Positions 30,501 through 44,900 of a DNA stretch of 64,000 nt are shown here, piece by piece. The DNA is from the human T2T-CHM13v2.0 reference genome, Homo sapiens. Made by a program: the position numbers and the translations under genes. The DNA lies in the NCBI RefSeq assembly GCF_009914755.1, contig NC_060925.1. One strand, given 5' to 3'. The notes below the pieces were generated by a model, which was given only the letters and a program-made list of their open reading frames with translations, was not told the DNA's origin and searched no databases. The first letter of the stretch is position 1, and the number at the start of each line of letters is the position of its first letter.

Positions 30501-32650
30501 CGAATGGAATCGAATGGAATCAACATCAAACGGAAAAAAACGGAATTATCGAATGGAATCGAAGAGAATCATCGAATGGACCCGAATGGAATCATCTAAT
30601 GGAATGGAATGGAATAATCCATGGACTCGAATGCAATCATCATCGAATGGAATCGAATGGAATCATCGAATGGACCCGAATGGAATAATCATTGAATGGA
30701 ATCGAATGGAATCATCATCGGATGGAAATGAAAGGAGTCATCATCTAATGGAATTGCATGGAATCATCATAAAATGGAATCGAATGGAATCAACATCAAA
30801 TGGAATCAAATGGAATCATTGAACGGAATTGAATGGAATCGTGATCGAATGAATTGAATGCAATCATCGAATGGTCTCGAATGGAATCATCTTCAAATGG
30901 AATGGAATGGAATCATCGCATAGAATCGAATGGAATTATCATCGAATGGAATCGAATGGAATCAACATCAAACGGAAAAAAACGGAATTATCGAATGGAA
31001 TCGAAGAGAATCATCGAATGGACCCGAATGGAATCATCTAATGAAACGGAATGGAATAATCCATGGACTCGAATGCAATCATCATCGAATGGAATCGAAT
31101 GGAATCATCGAATGGACTCGAATGGAATAATCATTGAACGGAATCGAATGGAATCATCATCGGATGGAAATGAATGGAATCATCATCGAATGGAATCGAA
31201 TAGAATTATGGAATGAAATCCAGTGTGATCATCATCGAATGGACCCGAATGGAATCATCATCCAACGGAAGCTAATGGAATCAACATCGAATGAATCAAA
31301 TGGAAACACCATCGAATTGAAACGAATGGAATTACCATGAAATTGAAATGGATGGACTCATCATCGAATGGATTCGAATGGAATCATCGAATAAAATTGA
31401 TTGAAATCATCAACGAATGGAATCGAATGGTATCATTGAATGGAATCGAATGGAATCATCATCAGATGGAAATGAATGGAATCGTCATAGAATGGAATCG
31501 AATGGATTCATTGAATGGAATCAGATGGAATCATCGAATGGACTGGAATGGAATCATTGAATGGACTCGAAAGGGATCATGATTGAATGGAATTGAATGG
31601 AATCATCGAATGGTCTCGATTGGAATCATTATCAAATGGAATCGAATGGAATCACCGAATAGAATCGAATGGAACAATCATCGAATGGACTCAAATGGAA
31701 TTATCCTCAAATGGAATCGAATGGAATTATCAAATGCAATCGAATGGAATTATCGAATGCAATCGAATAGAATCATCGAATGGACTCGAATGGAATCATC
31801 GAATGGAATGGAATGGAACAGTCAATGAACTCGAATGGAATCATCATTGAATGGAATCGAATGGAATCATCGAGTGGAATCGAATGGAATTATGATCAAA
31901 TGGAATCGAATGTAATCATCATCAAATGGAATCAAAAATAACCATCATCAATTGGTAATGAATGGAATTGTCATCAAATGGAATTCAAAGGAATCATCAT
32001 CAAATGGAACCGAATGGAATCCTCATTGAATGGAAATGAAAGGGGTCATCATCTAATGGAATCGCATGGAATCATCATCAAATGGAGTCGAATGGAATCA
32101 TCATCAAATGGAATCTAATGGAATCATTGAACAGAATTGAATGGAATCGTCATCGAATGAATTGAATGCAATCATCGAATGGTCTCGAATGGAATCATCT
32201 TCTAATGGAAAGGAATGGAATCATCGCATAGAATCGAATGGAATTATCATCGAATGGAATCGAATGGTATCAACACCAAACGGAAAAAAACGGAATTATG
32301 GAATGGAATCGAAGAGAATCTTCGAACGGACCCGAATGGAATCATCTAATGGAATGGAATGGAATAATCCATGGACTCGAATGCAATCATCATCGAATGG
32401 AATCAAATGGAATCATCGAATCGACTCGAATGGAATAATCATTGAACGGAATCGAATGGAATCATCATCGGATGGAAACGAATGGAATCATCATCGAATG
32501 GAAATGAAAGGAGTCATCATCTAATGGAATTGCATGGAATCATCATAAAATGGATTCGAATGGAATCAACATCAAATGGAATCAAATGGAATCATTGAAC
32601 GGAATTGAATGGAATCGTCATCGAATGAATTGAATGCAATCATCGAATGG
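27550..32650 (+). repeat. Composite higher-order block, copy 2 (with an extra 419-bp module)
   Basis: Same junctions and SNPs as 17660-22340; extra module at 28911-29329. Confidence 0.85.
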
Positions 32651-33829
32651 TCTCGAATGGAATCATCTTCAAATGGAATGGAATGGAATCATCGCATAGA
32701 ATCGAATGGAATTATCATCGAATGGAATCGAATGGAATCAACATCAAACGGAAAAAAACGGAATTATCGAATGGAATCGAAGAGAATCATCGAATGGACC
32801 CGAATGGAAACATCTAATGGAATGGAATGGAATAATCCATGGACTCGAATGCAATCATCGTCAAATGGAATCGAATGGAATCATCGAATGGATTCGAATG
32901 GAATAATCATTGAACGGAATCGAATGGAATCATCATCGGATGGAAATGAATGGAATCATCATCGAATGGAATCGAATAGAATTATGGAATGAAATCCAGT
33001 GTGATCATCATCGAATGGACCCGAATGGAATCATCATCCAACGGAAGCTAATGGAATCAACATCGAATGAATCAAATGGAAACACCATCGAATTGAAACG
33101 AATGGAATTACCATGAAATTGAAATGGATGGACTCATCATCGAATGGATTCGAATGGAATCATCGAATAAAATTGATTGAAATCATCATCGAATGGAATC
33201 GAATGGTATCATTGAATGGAATCGAATGGAATCATCATCAGATGGAAATGAATGGAATCGTCATAGAATGGAATCGAATGGATTCATTGAATGGAATCAT
33301 AATGAATCATCGAATGGACTGGAATGGAATCATTGAATGGACTCGAAAGGGATCATGATTGAATGGAATTGAATGGAATCATCGAATGGTCTCGATTGGA
33401 ATCATTATCAAATGGAATCGAATGGAATCACCGAATAGAATCGAATGGAACAATCATCGAATGGACTCAAATGGAATTATCCTCAAATGGAATGGAATGG
33501 AATTATCGAATGCAATCGAATGGAATTATCGAATGCAATCGAATAGAATCATCGAATGGACTCGAATGGAATCATCGAATGGAATGGAATGGAACAGTCA
33601 ATGAACTCGAATGGAATCATCATTGAATGGAATCGAATGGAATCATCGAGTGGAATCGAATGGAATTATGATCAAATGGAATCGAATGTAATCATCATCA
33701 AATGGAATCAAAAATAACCATCATCAATTGGTATTGAATGGAATTGTCATCAAATGGAATTCAAAGGAATCATCATCAAATGGAACCGAATGGAATCCTC
33801 ATTGAATGGAAATGAAAGGGGTCATCATC

Positions 33830-36800
33830 TAATGGAATCGCATGGAATCATCATCAAATGGAATCGAATGGAATCATCATCAAATGGAATCTAATGGAAT
33901 CATTGAAAAGAATTGAATGGAATCGTCATCGAATGAATTGAATGCAATCATCGAATGGTCTCGAATGGAATCATCTTCTAATGGAAAGGAATGGAATCAT
34001 CGCATAGAATCGAATGGAATTATCATCGAATGGAATCGAATGGTATCAACACCAAACGGAAAAAAACGGAATTATCGAATGGAATCGAAGAGAATCTTCG
34101 AACGGACCCGAATGGAAACATCTAATGGAATGGAATGGAATAATCCATGGACTCGAATGCAATCATCATCGAATGGAATCGAATGGAATCATCGAATGGA
34201 CTTGAATGGAATAATCATTGAACGGAATCGATTGGAATCATCATCGGATGGAAACGAATGGAATCATCATCGAATGGAAATGAAAGGAGTCATCATCTAA
34301 TGGAATTGCATGGAATCATCATAAAATGGAATCGAATGGAATCAACATCAAATGGAATCAAATGGAATCATTGAACGGAATTGAATGGAATCGTCATCGA
34401 ATGAATTGACTGCAATCATCCAATGGTCTCGAATGGAATCATCTTCAAATGGAATGGAATGGAATCATCGCATAGAATCGAATGGAATTATCATCGAATG
34501 GAATCGAATGGAATCAACATCCAACGGAAAAAAACGGAATTATCGAATGGAATCGAAGAGAATCATCGAATGGACCCGAATGGAATCATCTAATGGAATG
34601 GAATGGAATAATCCATGGACTCGAATGCAATCATCATCGAATGGAATCGAATGGAATCATCGAATGGACTCGAATGGAATAATCATTGAACGGAATCGAA
34701 TGGAATCATCATCGGATGGAAATGAATGGAATCATCATCGAATGGAATCGAATAGAATTATGGAATGAAATCCAGTGTGATCATCATCGAATGGACCCGA
34801 ATGGAATCATCATCCAACGGAAGCTAATGGAATCAACATCGAATGAATCAAATGGAAACACCATCGAATTGAAACGAATGGAATTATCATGAAATTGAAA
34901 TGGATGGACTCATCATCGAATGGATTCGAATGGAATCATCGAATAAAATTGATTGAAATCATCATCCAATGGAATCGAATGGTATCATTGAATGGAATCG
35001 AATGGAATCATCATCAGATGGAAATGAATGGAATCGTCATAGAATGGAATCGAATGGATTCATTGAATGGAATCAGATGGAATCATCGAATGGACTGGAA
35101 TGGAATCATTGAATGGACTCGAAAGGGATCATTATTGAATGGAATTGAATGGAATCATCGAATGGTCTCGATTGGAATCATTATCAAATGGAATCGAATG
35201 GAATCACCGAATAGAATCGAATGGAACAATCATCGAATGGACTCAAATGGAATCATCCTCAAATGGAATGGAATGGAATTATCGAATGCAATCGAATAGA
35301 ATCATCGAATGGACTCGAATGGAATCATCGAATGGAATGGAATGGAACAGTCAATGAACTCGAATGGAATCATCATTGAATGGAATCGAATGGAATCATC
35401 GAGTGGAATCGAATGGAATTATGATCAAATGGAATCTAATGTAATAATCATCAAATGGAATCAAAAATAACCATCATCAATTGGTATTGAATGGAATTGT
35501 CATCAAATGGAATTCAAAGGAATCATCATCAAATGGAACCGAATGGAATCCTCATTGAATGGAAATGAAAGGGGTCATCATCTAATGGAATCGCATGGAA
35601 TCATCATCAAATGGAATCGAATGGAATCATCATCAAATGGAATCTGATGGAATCATTGAACAGAATTGAATGGAATCGTCATCGAATGAATTGAATGCAA
35701 TCATCGAATGGTCTCGAATGGAATCATCTTCTAATGGAAAGGAATGGAATCATCGCATAGAATCGAATGGAATTAACATTGAATGGACTCGAATGGAATC
35801 AACATCAAACGGAATCAAGCGGAATTATCGAATGGAATCGAAGAGAATCATCGAATGGACTCGAATGGAATAATCTAATGGAATTGAATGGAATAATCCA
35901 CGGACTCGAATGCAATCATCATCGTATAGAATCGAATGGAATCATCGAATGGACTCGAATGGAATAATCATTGAACGGAATCGAATGGAATCATCATCGG
36001 ATGGAAACGAATGGAATCATCATCGAATGGAAATGAAAGGAGTCATCATCTAATGGAATTGCATGGAATCATCATCAAATGGAATCGAATGGAATCAACA
36101 GCAAATGGAATCAAATGTAATCATTGAACGGAATTGAATGGAATCGTCATCCAATGAATGAATGCAATCATCGAATGGTCTCGAATGCAATCATCTTCAA
36201 ATGGAATGGAATGGAATCATCGCATAGAATCGAATGGAATTATCATCGAATGGAATCGAATGGTATCAACATCAAACGGAAAAAAACGGAATTATCGAAT
36301 GAAATCGAATAGAATCATCGAATGGACCCGAATGGAATCATCTAATGGAATGGAATGGAATAATCCACGGACTCGAATGCAATCATCGTCGAATGGAATC
36401 GAATGGAATCATCGAATGGACTCGAATGGAATAATCATTGAACAGAATCGAATGGAATCATCATCGGATGGAAACGAATGGAATCATCATCGAATGGAAA
36501 TGAAAGGAGTCATCATCTAATGGAATCGCATGGAATCATCATCAAATGGAATCGAATGGAATCATCATCAAATGGAATCTAATGGAATCATTGAAAAGAA
36601 TTGAATGGAATCGTCATCGAATGAATTGAATGCAATCATCGAATGGTCTCGAATGGAATCATCTTCTAATGGAAAGGAATGGAATCATCGCATAGAATCG
36701 AATGGAATTATCATCGAATGGAATCGAATGGTATCAACACCAAACGGAAAAAAACGGAATTATCGAATGGAATCGAAGAGAATCTTCGAACGGACCCGAA

Positions 36801-38830
36801 TGGAATCATCTAATGGAATGGAATGGAATAATCCATGGACTCGAATGCAATCATCATCGAATGGAATCGAATGGAATCATCGAATGGACTTGAATGGAAT
36901 AATCATTGAACGGAATCGATTGGAATCATCATCGGATGGAAACGAATGGAATCATCATCGAATGGAAATGAAAGGAGTCATCATCTAATGTAATTGCATG
37001 GAATCATCATAAAATGGAATCGAATGGAATCAACATCAAATGGAATCAAATGGAATCATTGAACGGAATTGAATGGAATCGTCATCGAATGAATTGACTG
37101 CAATCATCCAATGGTCTCGAATGGAATCATCTTCAAATGGAATGGAATGGAATCATCGCATAGAATCGAATGGAATTATCATCGAATGGAATCGAATGGA
37201 ATCAACATCCAACGGAAAAAAACGGAATTATCGAATGGAATCGAAGAGAATCATCGAATGGACCCGAATGGAATCATCTAATGGAATGGAATGGAATAAT
37301 CCATGGACTCGAATGCAATCATCATCGAATGGAATCGAATGGAATCATCGAATGGACTCGAATGGAATAATCATTGAACGGAATCGAATGGAATCATCAT
37401 CGGATGGAAATGAATGGAATCATCAACGAATGGAATCGAATAGAATTATGGAATGAAATCCAGTGTGATCATCATCGAATGGACCCGAATGGAATCATCA
37501 TCCAACGGGAGCTAATGGAATCAACATCGAATGAATCAAATGGAAACACCATCGAATTGAAACGAATGGAATTATCATGAAATTGAAATGGATGGACTCA
37601 TCATCGAATGGATTCGAATGGAATCATCGAATAAAATTGATTGAAATCATCATCCAATGGAATCGAATGGTATCATTGAATGGAATCGAATGGAATCATC
37701 ATCAGATGGAAATGAATGGAATCGTCATAGAATGGAATCGAATGGATTCATTGAATGGAATCAGATGGAATCATCGAATGGACTGGAATGGAATCATTGA
37801 ATGGACTCGAAAGGGATCATTATTGAATGGAATTGAATGGAATCATCGAATGGTCTCGATTGGAATCATTATCAAATGGAATCGAATGGAATCACCGAAT
37901 AGAATCGAATGGAACAATCATCGAATGGACTCAAATGGAATCATCCTCAAATGGAATGGAATGGAATTATCGAATGCAATCGAATAGAATCATCGAATGG
38001 ACTCGAATGGAATCATCGAATGGAATGGAATGGAACAGTCAATGAACTCGAATGGAATCATCATTGAATGGAATCGAATGGAATCATCGAGTGGAATCGA
38101 ATGGAATTATGATCAAATGGAATCTAATGTAATAATCATCAAATGGAATCAAAAATAACCATCATCAATTGGTATTGAATGGAATTGTCATCAAATGGAA
38201 TTCAAAGGAATCATCATCAAATGGAACCGAATGGAATCCTCATTGAATGGAAATGAAAGGGGTCATCATCTAATGGAATCGCATGGAATCATCATCAAAT
38301 GGAATCGAATGGAATCATCATCAAATGGAATCTGATGGAATCATTGAACAGAATTGAATGGAATCGTCATCGAATGAATTGAATGCAATCATCGAATGGT
38401 CTCGAATGGAATCATCTTCTAATGGAAAGGAATGGAATCATCGCATAGAATCGAATGGAATTAACATTGAATGGACTCGAATGGAATCAACATCAAACGG
38501 AATCAAGCGGAATTATCGAATGGAATCGAAGAGAATCTTCGAATGGACTCGAATGGAATAATCTAATGGAATTGAATGGAATAATCCACGGACTCGAATG
38601 CAATCATCATCGTATAGAATCGAATGGAATCATCGAATGGACTCGAATGGAATAATCATTGAACGGAATCGAATGGAATCATCATCGGATGGAAACGAAT
38701 GGAATCATCATCGAATGGAAATGAAAGGAGTCATCATCTAATGGAATTGCATGGAATCATCATCAAATGGAATCGAATGGAATCAACAGCAAATGGAATC
38801 AAATGTAATCATTGAACGGAATTGAATGGA
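33830..38830 (+). repeat. 2,688-bp-period tandem duplication
   Basis: ORF starts 33917/36605, 34385/37073, 34686/37374 and 35670/38358 are all offset 2,688. Shared SNPs GGACTTGA, CGATTGG, CATCCAACGG, CAAATGTAATC. Confidence 0.88.
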
Positions 38831-40599
38831 ATCGTCATCGAATGAATTGAATGCAATCATCGAATGGTCTCGAGTGGAATCATCTTCAAATGGAATGGAA
38901 TGGAATCATCGCATAGAATCGAATGGAATTATCATCGAATGGAATCGAATGGTATCAACATCAAACGGAAAAAAACGGAATTATCGAATGGAATCGAAGA
39001 GAATCTTCGAACGGACCCGAATGGAATCATCTAATGGAATGGAATGGAATAATCCATGGACTGGAAGGCAATCATCATTGAACGGAATCGAAAGGAATCA
39101 TCATCGGATGGAAACGAATGGAATCATCATCGAATGGAAATGAAAGGAGTCATCATCTAATGGAATTGCATGGAATCATCATAAAATGGAATCGAATGGA
39201 ATCAACATCAAATGGAATCAAATGGAATCATTGAACGGAATTGAATGGAATCGTCATCGAATGAATTGAATGCAATCATCGAATGGTCTCGAATGGAATC
39301 ATCTTCAAATGGAATGGAATGGAATCATCGCATAGAATCGAGTGGAATTATCATCGAATGGAATCGAATGGAATCAACATCAAACGGAAAAAAACGGAAT
39401 TATCGAATGGAATCGAATAGAATCATCGAATGGACCCGAATGGAATCATCTAATGGAATGGAATGGAATAATCCACGGACTCGAATGCAATCATCGTCGA
39501 ATGGAATCGAATGGAATCATCGAATGGACTCGAATGGAATAATCATTGAACAGAATCGAATGGAATCATCATCGGATGGAAACGAATGGAATCATCATCG
39601 AATGGAAATGAAAGGAGTCATCATCTAATGGAATTGCATGGAATCATCATCAAATGGAATCGAATGGAATCAACATCAAATGGAATCAAATGGAATCATT
39701 GAACGGAATTGAATGGAATCGTCATCGAATGAATTGAATGCAATCATCGAATGGTCTCGAGTGGAATCATCTTCAAATGGAATGGAATGGAATCATCGCA
39801 TAGAATCGAATGGAATTATCATCGAATGGAATCGAATGGTATCAACATCAAACGGAAAAAAACGGAATTATCGAATGGAATCGAAGAGAATCTTCGAACG
39901 GACCCGAATGGAATCATCTAATGGAATGGAATGGAATAATCCATGGACTGGAAGGCAATCATCATTGAACGGAATCGAAAGGAATCATCATCGGATGGAA
40001 ACGAATGGAATCATCATCGAATGGAAATGAAAGGAGTCATCATCTAATGGAATTGCATGGAATCATCATAAAATGGAATCGAATGGAATCAACATCAAAT
40101 GGAATCAAATGGAATCATTGAACGGAATTGAATGGAATCGTCATCGAATGAATTGAATGCAATCATCGAATGGTCTCGAATGGAATCATCTTCAAATGGA
40201 ATGGAATGGAATCATCGCATAGAATCGAATGGAATTATCATCGAATGGAATCGAATGGAATCAACATCAAACGGAAAAAAACGGAATTATCGAATGGAAT
40301 CGAATAGAATCATCGAATGGACCCGAATGGAATCATCTAATGGAATGGAATGGAATAATCCGTGGACTCGAATGCAATCATCATCGAATGTAATCGAATG
40401 GAATCATCCAATGGACTCGAATGGAATAATCATTGAACGGAATCGAATGGAATCATCATCGGATGGAAATGAATGGAATCATCATCGAATGGAATCGAAT
40501 AGAATTATGGAATGAAATCCAGTGTGATCATCATCGAATGGACCCGAATGGAATCATCATCCAACGGATGGTAATGGAATCAACATCGAATGAATCAAA
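38358..40599 (+). repeat. Run of five consecutive A-type modules without segment B (468, 419, 468, 419, then A2); 887-bp local period
   Basis: Module starts at 38358, 38826, 39245, 39713, 40132. Confidence 0.85.
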
Positions 40600-41930
40600 T
40601 GGAAACACCATCGAATTGAAACGAATGGAATTACCATGAAATTGAAATGGATGGACTCATCATCGAATGGATTCGAATGGAATCATCGAATAAAATTGAT
40701 TGAAATCATCATCGAATGGAATCGAATGGATTCATTGAATGGAATCACATGGAATCATCGAATGGACTGGAATGGAATCATTGAATGGACACGAAAGAGA
40801 TCATGATTGAATGGAATTGAATGGAATCATCGAATGGTCTCGATTGGAATCATTATCAAATGGAATCGAATGGAATCACCGAATAGAATCGAATGGAACA
40901 ATCATCGAATGGACTCAAATGGAATTATCCTCAAATGGAATGGAATGGAATTATCGAATGCAATCGAATGGAATTATCGAATGCAATCGAATAGAATCAT
41001 TGAATGGACTCGAATGGAATAATCATTGAACGGAATCGAATGGAATCATCATCGGATGGAAACGAATGGAATCATCATCGAATGGAAATGAAAGGAGTCA
41101 TCATCTAATGGAATTGCATGGAATCATCATAAAATGGAATCGAATGGAATCAACATCAAATGGAATCAAATGGAATCATTGAACGGAATTGAATGGAATC
41201 GTCATCGAATGAATTGAATGCAATCATCGAATGGTCTCGAATGGAATCATCTTCAAATGGAATGGAATGGAATCATCGCATAGAATCGAATGGAATTATC
41301 ATCGAATGGAATCGAATGGAATCAACATCAAACGGAAAAAAACGGAATTATCGAATGGAATCGAAGAGAATCATCGAATGGACCCGAATGGAATCATCTA
41401 ATGGAATGGAATGGAATAATCCATGGACTCGAATGCAATCATCATCGAATGGAATCGAATGGAATCATCGAATGGACCCGAATGGAATAATCATTGAATG
41501 GAATCGAATGGAATCATCATCGGATGGAAATGAAAGGAGTCATCATCTAATGGAATTGCATGGAATCATCATAAAATGGAATCGAATGGAATCAACATCA
41601 AATGGAATCAAATGGAATCATTGAACGGAATTGAATGGAATCGTGATCGAATGAATTGAATGCAATCATCGAATGGTCTCGAATGGAATCATCTTCAAAT
41701 GGAATGGAATGGAATCATCGCATAGAATCGAATGGAATTATCATCGAATGGAATCGAATGGAATCAACATCAAACGGAAAAAAACGGAATTATCGAATGG
41801 AATCGAAGAGAATCATCGAATGGACCCGAATGGAATCATCTAATGAAACGGAATGGAATAATCCATGGACTCGAATGCAATCATCATCGAATGGAATCGA
41901 ATGGAATCATCGAATGGACTCGAATGGAGT
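40132..41930 (+). repeat. Third, partial copy of the composite block (1,503-bp variant unit)
   Basis: Offset 10,802 from 29330. Same 75-bp and 640-bp deletions, same 442-bp module, and the GTGATCG and ATGAAACGG variants. Confidence 0.85.
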
Positions 41931-41935
41931 AATCA

Positions 41936-44900
41936 TTGAACGGAATCGAATGGAATCATCATCGGATGGAAATGAATGGAATCATCATCGAATGGAATCG
42001 AATAGAATTATGGAATGAAATCCAGTGTGATCATCATCGAATGGACCCGAATGGAATCATCATCCAACGGAAGCTAATGGAATCAACATCGAATGAATCG
42101 AATGGAAACACCATCGAATTGAAACGAATGGAATTATCATGAAATTGAAATGGATGGACTCATCATCGAATGGATTCGAATGGAATCATCGAATAAAATT
42201 GATTGAAATCATCATCGAATGGAATCGAATGGTATCATTGAATGGAATCGAATGGAATCATCATCAGATGGAAATGAATGGAATCGTCATAGAATGGAAT
42301 CGAATGGATTCATTGAATGGAATCAGATGGAATCATCGAATGGACTGGAATGGAATCATTGAATGGACTCAAAAGGGATCATTATTGAATGGAATTGAAT
42401 GGAATCATCGAATGGTCTCGATTGGAATCATTATCAAATGGAATCGAATGGAATCACCGAATAGAATCGAATGGAACAATCATCGAATGGACTCAAATGG
42501 AATTATCCTCCAATGGAATCGAATGGAATTATCGAATGCAATCGAATGGAATTATCGAATGCAATCGAATAGAATCATCGAATGGACTCGAATGGAATCA
42601 TCGAATGGAATGGAATGGAACAGTCAATGAACTCGAATGGAATCATCATTGAATGGAATCGAATGGAATCATCGAGTGGAATCGAATGGAATTATGATCA
42701 AATGGAATCGAATGTAATCATCATCAAATGGAATCAAAAATAACCATCATCAATTGGTATTGAATGGAATTGTCATCAAATGGAATTCAAAGGAATCATC
42801 ATCAAATGGAACCGAATGGAATCCTCATTGAATGGAAATGAAAAGGGTCATCATCTAATGGAATCACATGGAATCATCATCAAATGGAATCGAATGGAAT
42901 CATCATCAAATGGAATCTAATGGAATCATTGAACAGAATTGAATGGAATCGTCATCGAATGAATTGAATGCAATCATCGAATGGTCTCGAATGGAATCAT
43001 CTTCTAATGGAAAGGAATGGAATCATCGCATAGAATCGAATGGAATTATCATCGAATGGAATCGAATGCTATCAACACCAAACGGAAAAGAACGGAATTA
43101 TCGAATGGAATCGAAGAGAATCTTCGAACGGACCCGAATGGAATCATCTAATGGAATGGAATGGAATAATCCATGGACTCGAATGCAATCATCATCGAAT
43201 GGAATCGACTGGAATCATCGAATGGACTCGAATGGAATAATCATTGAACGGAATCGAATGGAATCATCATCGGATGGAAACGAATGGAATCATCATCGAA
43301 TGGAAATGAAAGGAGTCATCATCTAATGGAATTGCATGGAATCATCATAAAATGGAATCGAATGGAATCAACATCAAATGGAATCAAATGGAATCATTGA
43401 ACGGAATTGAATGGAATCGTCATCGAATGAATTGACTGCAATCATCGAATGGTCTCGAATGGAATCATCTTCAAATGGAATGGAATGGAATCATCGCATA
43501 GAATCGAATGGAATTATCATCGAATGGAATCGAATGGAATCAACATCAAACGGAAAAAAACGGAATTATCGAATGGAATCGAAGAGAATCATCGAATGGA
43601 CCCGAATGGAATCATCTAATGGAAAGGAATGGAATAATCCATGGACTCGAATGCAATCATCATCGAATGGAATCGAATGGAATCATCGAATGGACTCGAA
43701 TGGAATAATCATTGAACGGAATCGAATGGAATCATCATCGGATGGAAATGAATGGAATCATCATCGAATGGAATCGAATAGAATTATGGAATGAAATCCA
43801 GTGTGATCATCATCGAATGGACCCGAATGGAATCATCATCCAACGGAAGCTAATGGAATCAACATCGAATGAATCGAATGGAAACACCATCGAATTGAAA
43901 CGAATGGAATTATCATGAAATTGAAATGGATGGACTCATCATCGAATGGATTCGAATGGAATCATCGAATAAAATTAATTGAAATCATCATCCAATGGAA
44001 TCGAATGGTATCATTGAATGGAATCGAATGGAATCATCATCAGATGGAAATGAATGGAATCGTCATAGAATGGAATCGAATGGATTCATTGAATGGAATC
44101 AGATGGAATCATCGAATGGACTGGAATGGAATCATTGAATGGACTCGAAAGGGATCATTATTGAATGGAATTGAATGGAATCATCGAATGGTCTCGATTG
44201 GAATCATTATCAAATGGAATCGAATGGAATCACCGAATAGAATCGAATGGAACAATCATCGAATGGACTCAAATGGAATTATCCTCCAATGGAATCGAAT
44301 GGAATTATCGAATGCAATCGAATGGAATTATCGAATGCAATCGAATAGAATCATCGAATGGACTCGAATGGAATCATCGAATGGAATGGAATGGAACAGT
44401 CAATGAACTCGAATGGAATCATCATTGAATGGAATCGAATGGAATCATCGAGTGGAATCGAATGGAATTATGATCAAATGGAATCGAATGTAATCATCAT
44501 CAAATGGAATCAAAAATAACCATCATCAATTGGTATTGAATGGAATTGTCATCAAATGGAATTCAAAGGAATCATCATCAAATGGAACCGAATGGAATCC
44601 TCATTGAATGGAAATGAAAGGGGTCATCATCTAATGGAATCGCATGGAATCATCATCAAATGGAATCGAATGGAATGATCATCAAATGGAATCTAATGGA
44701 ATCATTGAACAGAATTGAATGGAATCGTCATGGAATGAATTGAATGCAATCATCGAATGGTCTCGAATGGAATCATCTTCTAATGGAAAGGAATGGAATC
44801 ATCGCATAGAATCGAATGGAATTATCATCGAATGGAATCGAATGGTATCAACACCAAACGGAAAAAAACGGAATTATCGAATGGAATCGAAGAGAATCTT

